A stretch of DNA of 32,000 nt from Enorma phocaeensis (lineage in GTDB: Bacteria > Actinomycetota > Coriobacteriia > Coriobacteriales > Coriobacteriaceae): the NCBI RefSeq assembly GCF_900186505.1, contig NZ_LT891969.1, forward strand, positions 74,323-106,322. Reading direction: 5' to 3'. A program made the translations under genes and the position numbers. The notes under the pieces were generated by a model that was not told the DNA's origin, did no database searches, and was given only the letters and a program-made list of their open reading frames with translations. Shown here piece after piece: positions 16,595 to 23,611 of the stretch (positions within the stretch are counted from its first letter, which is position 1; every line of letters begins with the position of its first letter).

Positions 16595-16647
16595 GAGGAC
16601 TGTCTGAGTACGGGAGCATATGGCCCCGCCCCGCCGGGAGCAAACCC

Positions 16648-18789
16648 TTAGAACGAGAAGAAGTCGAAGCGCGGCGGCAGCACCTTCACCGCATGCTCAC
16701 CCGGCTTCTCGCCTAGGGCTTGGATTAGCTCGTCCGTCGTATCGAAGATGTGCTCCCACGAGAAGAAGGCATTGGGATCCATATCGAAGTACTCGCAGAT
16801 GAGCTCGCAGCCGCGCGGCACGATGCCGTGCATGAGCACGGTGGCCACGCGCAGCTCGTGATAGGCATCTACAAGCGCCTGGCGCATGAGCTCGTCACCT
16901 GTCTCCTGGTCCTCCTCCTGTATGGCCTTAGCGGCCTTGCTCGCGTCGCTCCAACGCTTGTTCGCACCGCGCAGGAAGGCATCGCACACGCTCAGCGCGC
17001 GGTGGAATTCGAAGCGGTGCATGGCATCCTCAAAGGCAAGGATGGCCTGCTCGGCGCTTTCCGCCGCTTCGGTACCGGGCTCTCCTGCGGGAATGCATCC
17101 CGTGCGTACCGCACTTTTGTCGCCTTCTTTTGCTGCCACGCCGTAGAAGCAAGAGCGCGCTAGGCGGTTGAATACGCCAGTGAGGAGCGTCCCCTCTTTG
17201 AGCACGGGGTCGATCACGCGCTTGTCGTCGCGAGCCAGAAGCGGAGAGCCGTCTGCATTCTTGCCGGTCTCGCGGAGGTCGTACGCCTTGGGGCTGAAGC
17301 TCACCGGCTTGTCGCCCAGGCCAAGCGAGAGGAAGTGCGCGCGCAGCTGCTCGGCATCGTAGTGGGAGAGGAGCTCGCTCGCGGGCGGTGGCGGAGTCTT
17401 GCCGCTAGAGCTTGCCTTCTTGCCCATATAGAGCACATGATAGTTGGCCACAAGCGTGCTTTGCTGCATGTTCCAGTTGAGTGCCTGCCACAGTGCGGTC
17501 TGCGCCACGCCATAGAAGTAGATGTTGTCTTGGCCAATGAACTGGTATGCGTGCGCATCGGGCGAGCACCACCAGTCGCGCCAGTCGAGCGCGGTGTGGC
17601 CCCAGGCGCTCTCCATGAGCGGTGCGGCATCTGCGCAGGGCGCTTCAAGCAGCTCGGTGTCCTTCTCGTCGCAGCCGATTTCACCCTGGCGTTCGGCGTC
17701 GCGGGCAAGCACCGTGCGCGTGAAGCTTACAGGTGCCCACAGGCTCTCGGGCCACACCCAGCAGGTGAGGCCGCTGCAGCCGCAGGAGTCATCCACCGGC
17801 ACACCCCATTCGATGTTGCCCGTGATGCGGAACGGCACGAGCGCCTTACCCGAGCGGAAGCGCACGCCACCGGCGCCGAGTACCTCGTGCGCGGCGTCGC
17901 GCTCACGCCAGCTGGGGAACACCACGGTGAACGAGCTCTTGTTGCCCTCGGGCTCGATCACGGTGTGCGCCGGCAACTGGTCCTCAACGGCGTCGAAGGC
18001 CTCGCGGAACTTGTTCTGGATATAGAGTTGAGGCTCGCCGAGCCACTCTTCCATGGTCTGTATCACGACGGGGCGCACGGTCTCGTTCTGCTTGAGCGCT
18101 TCGGTGTACTCCTTTAGGTAGTCAAGGAAGGCGGGCAGGTCAAAGTAGAGGTTATCGACCGGGCGGAGCTCGGGCGTCTTTCCGGTTAGGGCGGAAACGG
18201 GAGCGATGAGCTCTTCGGGCTCAAACTGATGCCCAAGGTCGCACTCATCGGCATAGGCCTTTTCAGACTTGCAGCCCTGGATGGGACAACGGCCGAGCAC
18301 CTGGCGACCGTTTAGGAACTGCCCCGCCTCGGGGTCGAAGAACTGCTTGGTGGTGAGCTTGTGGAGCACGCCCATCTCCTGCAGGCGGTGCAGGATCTCG
18401 TCGGTGACCTCCTCGTGCACATGCACGGCAGGAGGCAGGGCGCTGCCGGCGTACAGGTCGCACGAAACCTCGTATGCTTCGAGCGTGGACATCTGGCGAT
18501 CGTGGTTCTCTTGAACGTAGTCGCTGATGTTGTGCTCGTAGCCCTGCTCGTCGCGCAGCTTACGGTAGCTTTCCATAATGGGCGAGCCGTAGCAGTCGGT
18601 TCCCGAGACGAAGATCACGTTCTCACGGCCAAGGCGGTCGCGCAAGAAGCGCGCAAAGAAGTCCGCTGGAATGAAGACGCCGCCCACATGGCCAAAGTGA
18701 AGATCCTTGTTGCCGTACGGCATGCCTGCCGTGACGACGGCGCGCTTGGGCCAGTTGGGGCGGTTGTCATGAAAGAGCTTGGATGCCAT
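16648..18789 (-). CDS. metG: Methionine--tRNA ligase (long form, non-canonical KMSKS region)
   Basis: MPYGNKDLHFGHVGG (HIGH), GTDCYGSPI, the zinc-knuckle region GRCPIQGCKSEKAYADECDLGH, and YFDLPAF are colinear with MetRS. The ATG at 18789 is preceded by GGGGGA; the ORF-track start at 18867 is unlikely. Confidence 0.85.
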   Translation of the reverse strand: MASKLFHDNRPNWPKRAVVTAGMPYGNKDLHFGHVGGVFIPADFFARFLRDRLGRENVIFVSGTDCYGSPIMESYRKLRDEQGYEHNISDYVQENHDRQMSTLEAYEVSCDLYAGSALPPAVHVHEEVTDEILHRLQEMGVLHKLTTKQFFDPEAGQFLNGRQVLGRCPIQGCKSEKAYADECDLGHQFEPEELIAPVSALTGKTPELRPVDNLYFDLPAFLDYLKEYTEALKQNETVRPVVIQTMEEWLGEPQLYIQNKFREAFDAVEDQLPAHTVIEPEGNKSSFTVVFPSWRERDAAHEVLGAGGVRFRSGKALVPFRITGNIEWGVPVDDSCGCSGLTCWVWPESLWAPVSFTRTVLARDAERQGEIGCDEKDTELLEAPCADAAPLMESAWGHTALDWRDWWCSPDAHAYQFIGQDNIYFYGVAQTALWQALNWNMQQSTLVANYHVLYMGKKASSSGKTPPPPASELLSHYDAEQLRAHFLSLGLGDKPVSFSPKAYDLRETGKNADGSPLLARDDKRVIDPVLKEGTLLTGVFNRLARSCFYGVAAKEGDKSAVRTGCIPAGEPGTEAAESAEQAILAFEDAMHRFEFHRALSVCDAFLRGANKRWSDASKAAKAIQEEDQETGDELMRQALVDAYHELRVATVLMHGIVPRGCELICEYFDMDPNAFFSWEHIFDTTDELIQALGEKPGEHAVKVLPPRFDFFSF

Positions 18790-18880
18790 GCAGATCCCCC
18801 TGCTCGTTGGTGTACGAATTGCCGCGTCGCAGCATTGCGGCAGCGATAGCCCCATAGTATCGCACAAGGAGGCGGTTTAC

Positions 18881-19525
18881 GTGTATGCTGGCACTATGAG
18901 AAAGATTGCCGACATACATACCTTCGAAGACGAGAGCTTTCTAAAAACGGTCACGTGCCTATCGGTTGCGGCTCTGGTAGCGGGTCTGTTGGTGGCACTC
19001 GCCGTGGCGCTCGGTGTTGCCATGTGCGCGCCGCAGCTCTTCGATCCCGAGCTTACCGCCATGTTCGATGAAGGAGGGTTTTTGCGATTCTTGGCTTGGC
19101 TCGTGGGCGTTAGCGCGGCAACGATGCTCTCACTCGGCGTGCACGAGCTGGTGCACGCCGTATTCTTCAAGGCGTATGCACCTGCGGGGGCGCACGTGAC
19201 CTTTGGGGCGAACTGGAAACTTGGCATGCTCTACGCTTGCGCCGAAGGTATCGTCTACACGCGTCGGCAGTATCTGGTGATCGCGCTTGCCCCAAGCATC
19301 GCGGTGACAGCTTTGTGTCTTGTTTTGGGCTTCGTGCTGGGGCATCCCGTCGCGGGGTCTTTCGTCGCGGTGCTGCATCTAAGCGGATGCTCGGGTGACT
19401 GGGCGTACGTGCGCGAAATAACGGGAGATCCCGCTATCACGCACTGCGAGGACACCGATTACGGCGTGTGCTTCTACGGCGAGGATGCATGCGGTGAAGG
19501 TGACGGGGGAAAGGTGGACGCATGA
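18881..19525 (+). CDS. DUF3267-type putative zincin membrane peptidase
   Basis: GVHELVHAVFFK (HExxH) lies between TM helices, giving a DUF3267-like layout. GTG 18881 sits 7 nt after AAGGAGG; ATG 18896 is an alternative. Confidence 0.7.
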   Translation: MYAGTMRKIADIHTFEDESFLKTVTCLSVAALVAGLLVALAVALGVAMCAPQLFDPELTAMFDEGGFLRFLAWLVGVSAATMLSLGVHELVHAVFFKAYAPAGAHVTFGANWKLGMLYACAEGIVYTRRQYLVIALAPSIAVTALCLVLGFVLGHPVAGSFVAVLHLSGCSGDWAYVREITGDPAITHCEDTDYGVCFYGEDACGEGDGGKVDA

Positions 19526-20115
19526 CCAGGCTGCTTCTGCACGCGTGCTGCGCGCCGTGCTCGCTCGAGCCCACGCGCCTGCTCATGGAAGAGGGCTTCG
19601 AGCCCACCATCTGCTGGACCAATCCGAACATCCAGCCTGCTGAGGAGCATGACCGCAGACTTTGCGAGCTACGCCGTTGGTGCGCATTGGAGGGCATCCC
19701 GCTCATCGAGGCGGCTGAGGACTATGCGCGCTGGGAGCGCGGCGTGGCGCCCATCGGCGCGCTCGACCGTAGGCGTCGCTGCCGGGCGTGCTATGCGCTG
19801 CGTCTTGCCGAAGCTTGCCGCGTGGCCGAGCGCGAGGGGTTCACGCACATCGCCACGACGCTCGCCGTCTCGCCCTACCAGCTGTTCGACACCTGCAACG
19901 AGGTGCTTGAGCGTCTGGCTTCCGCGCACGGGCTCACGTCGGTCATCCGCGACTTCCGTCCGTGGTATCCCGAGGCGACGCGCCGCTCGCGCGAGCTCGG
20001 CATGTATAGGCAAAACTACTGCGGGTGCCGCTTTTCGGCTGCCGAGGCGGCGCTCGACCGCGCTCGCTTACGCGACGAGCGCAAGGCGGCTTGTGCGCGG
20101 AAGAAGGAGAGCTAG
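19522..20115 (+). CDS. queH: Epoxyqueuosine reductase QueH
   Basis: LLLHACCAPCS...NPNIQPAEEHDRR...YCGCRFS is the DUF208/QueH signature. The start overlaps the upstream stop (ATGA). Confidence 0.85.
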   Translation: MTRLLLHACCAPCSLEPTRLLMEEGFEPTICWTNPNIQPAEEHDRRLCELRRWCALEGIPLIEAAEDYARWERGVAPIGALDRRRRCRACYALRLAEACRVAEREGFTHIATTLAVSPYQLFDTCNEVLERLASAHGLTSVIRDFRPWYPEATRRSRELGMYRQNYCGCRFSAAEAALDRARLRDERKAACARKKES

Positions 20116-20539
20116 ACTTCACGCGTTGCCGTCTATTCTCGTAAAGTGAAAAATGCCGCAGTCTGCATGTTGAGGGTTTATGCAGCCGCGCTCGGGGTTA
20201 ACATGGCGTCGATCCAATAGGTTGCGAGCATCTACATCATCGTGACCTGCGCGGCGCTGCTCTACGGCGGCATGTCCGATTCTATCGGATGCCCCGTGAC
20301 AAGCTACGTCGAGGGGCACCCGGACGTGTTTATGACGGCATGCACACCGCTTTCATGGCTTCTAGCGTTCATCGTGGGCGCGAGCGCGATACAGGCAAGC
20401 AGACGTGGCGTAACGCGCGTTCTGCAGAGTGAGAGCGCCTGACAAGAATCGGCGTTAGGATGGTCGTACGCTGGGGCCCGGGCACACGCTGAGGCGTAGG
20501 CTACGCAGCACATAAGGTCGGCGCGAAGGCCGCTCTTTG

Positions 20540-20674
20540 CTAGCTCTTGCGACGCTTGCTGTGAGCCGGTCGGAGGACGATGCTCACAAACAGGTACACA
20601 CAGTAGCCGAAGAACACGGCGCACACGGCACCGAGGATCAATTCGGTAAGGGCGATCGGGGTTATCGCGTGCAT
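20540..20674 (-). CDS. Small single-TM protein (44 aa) with basic C-terminus
   Basis: MHAITPIALTELILGAVCAVFFGYCVYLFVSIVLRPAHSKRRKS. ATG 20674 lies 7 nt after GGAAGGAG. Divergent from the kdpD-like operon. No family recognised. Confidence 0.45.
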   Translation of the reverse strand: MHAITPIALTELILGAVCAVFFGYCVYLFVSIVLRPAHSKRRKS

Positions 20675-20906
20675 AACATGGCTCCTTCCTGTGGCGGGTT
20701 CGAGGTGTTCGGCACCCGTGGGATTCATGGTCGGAAGTCCGGGTTCTTCACCGCATGAATCACCTGAAACGTGCGAAGTTCAAGCGAATCCAAGATTCCT
20801 CGGCAGCGACATACGAGTGTCAGAGTGACTCCGCAGGTATGCTCTGCTGTCGAATTCAGTACAGCACGTGAGTGGTAAAGACGACATTAAGCTCGAGCGC
20901 CCGGAT

Positions 20907-20930
20907 ATTAAAATGTCATAAAGATGCAGG
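20907..20930. promoter_or_regulatory. AT-rich direct-repeat motif, copy A (candidate KdpE-like operator)
   Basis: ATTAAAATGTCATAAAGATGCAGG has an AA(A/G)AT core repeated with 11-nt period. It matches copy B at 23494-23517 in 16 of the first 19 positions. It lies 87 nt upstream of the kinase ATG. Confidence 0.4.
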
Positions 20931-21016
20931 TAGACAGCGCAATACCTAATGAGAACGAATGCGTCTCGCCCGCATTGCCGCGCTATACTGAGGGGCAACG
21001 AGAAGGGAGGCGGCAA

Positions 21017-22627
21017 ATGGGCGAGGCGAGCGCGCGACCGCGACGCGAAGGGCGAGCAGCGGCGCATCTTGGCATCATGTGCGCGCTCTTGGCGCTATCG
21101 ACTGCGATCGGTCTCGGCTTTCACGAGCTGGGCTTTGCCGATTCGAGCATCATCTCGCTCTTCATCCTCTCGACGCTGCTCACCGCTACGGTCACATCGG
21201 GACGCTTGTACACGCTGCTTTCGTCTGCGCTCTCGGTGGCGCTCTACAATTTCTGCTTCGTCGTGCCGCGCTTCTCGCTCGAATCGCTCGACACGAGCTA
21301 CCTTGTCACGTTCGCCATCATGTTCGTCGCTGCCATCGTTGCCTCGGAGCTCACGAACCATATCGCGCGAAACGCCCGCGAGGCGCGGCGGACCGCGTAT
21401 CGCACGAGCGTGCTCCTTGAGACGAACCAGCTGCTCCAGCAGGCGGATGGCCCCGAAAGCATCGCGCGAATAGCTTTGGGCCAGCTCTTGAAGCTTCTTA
21501 ACGGCCCGGTGGCGTTCTATCCTGCCGAGGGAGACGGTCTTGGCTCGCCGCTGGTGGGTGACGGGGTCGATGAGGCGATGCCGGCATCGATTGCCGAGAA
21601 CGCTCGTGTGAACGCATTGCGCGCGCTCCGGTCTTCCAAGCTTGCGAGAGATGCCGCTTCGGCGGGTGCCGCTCCCGCTTCCGCGCCGCCCGCGACCGCC
21701 GATGCTTTGGAAATCGTCGCCATCCCCATAGGAGATGGCTTGTTTTTACCCGTGCGCACGCACGACGAGGTGTTCGGCGTGGTGGGCATTCGTGCTGCCG
21801 AGCGCGACATCGACTCGTTCGAGCTCTCCGTCGCTCGTTCGATCATCGGTGAGTGCGCGCTCGAGCTCGCTCGAGAACGGGAGGCGCGCAAGCGTGAAGA
21901 GGCCGCTGTGCTCGCGCGCAACGAGCAGCTCCGAGCGAACCTGTTGCGCTCGCTTGGCCATGACCTGCGCACGCCACTCACGGCGATCTCGGGTGCCGCG
22001 GCGATTCTACGCGATGATTCCGGTCGTCTTGCACCCGAGCAGCGTCGCGCGCTTCTGGACGACGTGTACCACGACTCGCTTTGGCTCATCGATATGGTCG
22101 AGAACCTGCTCACCATCACGCATTTCGATGAAGGCACCGTCAAGCTCGCCTTGAGCTCCGAGCTCATCGACGACATCTTCGAAGCCGCTGCGTCGCATCT
22201 TGCGAACCAAGCGGGCGAGCACCGCATCGTCATCGGGCCCGCGGAAGAGATCCTCCTCGTGCGCATCGATGCAAGCCTCATCATCCAGGTGCTCATAAAC
22301 CTCGTGGGCAACGCCATCAAGTACACCCCGGCAGGTTCGACCATCCAGCTGTACGCACGGCGCGAGGGGGCGTTCGTGCGCGTGACGGTCGCAGACGACG
22401 GGCCGGGCGTGGCGGACGACGACAAACCACATGTGTTCGACCGCTTCTATTCCGGCGCGAGGGCAGAACGGCCGGCGGATGCGCGGCGGAGCTTCGGCTT
22501 GGGGCTCGCGCTCTGCCGTTCCATCGTCGAGGCGCATGGCGGTGCTATCGAGGTGCACGACAACGTGCCCCATGGTGCCGTCTTCTCGTTCACGCTTCCA
22601 GCAGAGGAGGTTGCGATTCATGGATAA
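21017..22627 (+). CDS. kdpD: KdpD-like sensor histidine kinase lacking the N-terminal KdpD/Usp sensor module
   Basis: It starts directly with the KdpD-type membrane domain (LYNFCFVVPRFSLESLDTSYLVTFAIMFV, DUF4118-like), then a GAF-like region, the H-box LGHDLRTPLTAISG, and HATPase motifs NLVGNAIKYTP, DDGPGV and GLGLALCRSIV. ATG 21017 follows AAGGGAGG. Confidence 0.85.
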   Translation: MGEASARPRREGRAAAHLGIMCALLALSTAIGLGFHELGFADSSIISLFILSTLLTATVTSGRLYTLLSSALSVALYNFCFVVPRFSLESLDTSYLVTFAIMFVAAIVASELTNHIARNAREARRTAYRTSVLLETNQLLQQADGPESIARIALGQLLKLLNGPVAFYPAEGDGLGSPLVGDGVDEAMPASIAENARVNALRALRSSKLARDAASAGAAPASAPPATADALEIVAIPIGDGLFLPVRTHDEVFGVVGIRAAERDIDSFELSVARSIIGECALELAREREARKREEAAVLARNEQLRANLLRSLGHDLRTPLTAISGAAAILRDDSGRLAPEQRRALLDDVYHDSLWLIDMVENLLTITHFDEGTVKLALSSELIDDIFEAAASHLANQAGEHRIVIGPAEEILLVRIDASLIIQVLINLVGNAIKYTPAGSTIQLYARREGAFVRVTVADDGPGVADDDKPHVFDRFYSGARAERPADARRSFGLGLALCRSIVEAHGGAIEVHDNVPHGAVFSFTLPAEEVAIHG

Positions 22628-23360
22628 GGAATCGAAATTGGCGGCGTCGGCGGCTGCGGACGGCGCGAGGGCGCTCTCCGTCCTCGTGGTTGAGGATGAT
22701 GCGGCGGTGCGCCGTCTTATCACGACGGCTCTTGCCATGCATGGCTACCACGTGGAGGCCGCCGCCACAGGCGAGGCGGCGATTTTCGAGGCTGCGTCGC
22801 ATGGCCCAGATCTCGTCCTGCTCGACCTGGGTCTTCCGGATGTGGACGGCATCGCCGTCATCAAGAAGCTGCGCTCATGGTCGAACGTGCCGATCATCGT
22901 GATCTCGGCGCGCATCGAGGAGGCGGACAAGATCGAAGCGCTCGATACGGGGGCGGACGACTATCTCACGAAGCCGTTTTCTGTGGAAGAGCTCCTCGCG
23001 CGCGTGCGCGCCTGGCAGCGGCGCGCTCGCATGTCGCTCGGTGACGACCCGGGCGAGAGCGTGTTCGAGAACGGCCCCTTGCGCGTGGACTATGCGGCGA
23101 GATGCGCGTATCTGGGCGGCGAGGAGCTGCATCTCACGCCCATCGAGTACAAGTTACTCGTGCTCATGTGCAAAAACGTGGGAAAGGTGCTCACCCACAC
23201 CTATCTCACGCATGAGATATGGGGCACGTCGTGGGACTCCGACATCGCGAGCCTGCGCGTCTTCATGGCGACGCTGCGGAAGAAGATCGAGCGCGAACCG
23301 TCGCAGCCGAAGCTCATCCAAACGCATGTGGGCGTCGGCTATCGAATGCAGCGCCTCTAG
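22620..23360 (+). CDS. kdpE: OmpR-family response regulator, KdpE-like
   Basis: Receiver domain (VLVVEDD...LVLLDLGLPDVDG...SARIEEADKIEALDTGADDYLTKPF) plus a winged helix (LTPIEYKLLVLMCKNVGKVLTH...KLIQTHVGVGYRM). ATG 22620 overlaps the kinase end by 8 nt. SD GAGGAGG. Confidence 0.85.
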   Translation: MDKESKLAASAAADGARALSVLVVEDDAAVRRLITTALAMHGYHVEAAATGEAAIFEAASHGPDLVLLDLGLPDVDGIAVIKKLRSWSNVPIIVISARIEEADKIEALDTGADDYLTKPFSVEELLARVRAWQRRARMSLGDDPGESVFENGPLRVDYAARCAYLGGEELHLTPIEYKLLVLMCKNVGKVLTHTYLTHEIWGTSWDSDIASLRVFMATLRKKIEREPSQPKLIQTHVGVGYRMQRL

Positions 23361-23493
23361 CGTCGCCGGCGCTCCAGGCGTCCCCGGCGGGCTCGCATGA
23401 CGCCCGAGGTTGCGGCGAAGACCGGGAAAGCGCGCCCCCCGCGCGGCGTCCGAAGGCTTGAACGGCAAGATCGGGTTGCCTGCGCAGCCGGGC

Positions 23494-23517
23494 ATTAAGA
23501 TGCCACAAAGATATGGC
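23494..23517. promoter_or_regulatory. AT-rich direct-repeat motif, copy B (candidate KdpE-like operator)
   Basis: ATTAAGATGCCACAAAGATATGGC has two AAGAT cores 11 nt apart. It ends 8 nt upstream of the putative -35 of the ATPase promoter. Confidence 0.4.
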
Positions 23518-23525
23518 CAAACCCC

Positions 23526-23554
23526 TTGAAGCTGCTTTTTCACGTGACTAAGAT
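23526..23554 (+). promoter_or_regulatory. Putative sigma-70-type promoter of the P-type ATPase gene
   Basis: TTGAAG (23526-23531), a 17-nt spacer, then TAAGAT (23549-23554). The short 5' UTR is almost entirely a 12-bp hairpin (23564-23593) that ends just before the SD GGAAGGAGAGG. Confidence 0.4.
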
Positions 23555-23611
23555 GCTTTCGCAATCGCGGGTGTGCTGCCGGCACCCCGCGATCAGGGAA
23601 GGAGAGGTTTC

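Noticed and set aside
16269-16643. 124-aa minus-strand ORF spanning the metG terminator region
   Set aside because: It is Arg/Cys/Pro-rich, crosses a strong terminator hairpin and an inverted repeat, and has no SD. The region is better explained as structured non-coding sequence.
20242-20442. 66-aa plus-strand ORF with two hydrophobic stretches in the queH / small-protein spacer
   Set aside because: It has a GTG start with no SD, decaying third-position GC bias and no recognisable family. It could be a gene remnant, but I cannot support it as a feature.
23564-23593. The 5' UTR hairpin of the ATPase gene considered as a riboswitch (for example c-di-AMP / ydaO class, given the K+ context)
   Set aside because: The whole leader is only about 50-60 nt and forms a single simple stem-loop, far too small for that riboswitch class. 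It is more likely a 5' stabilising hairpin.
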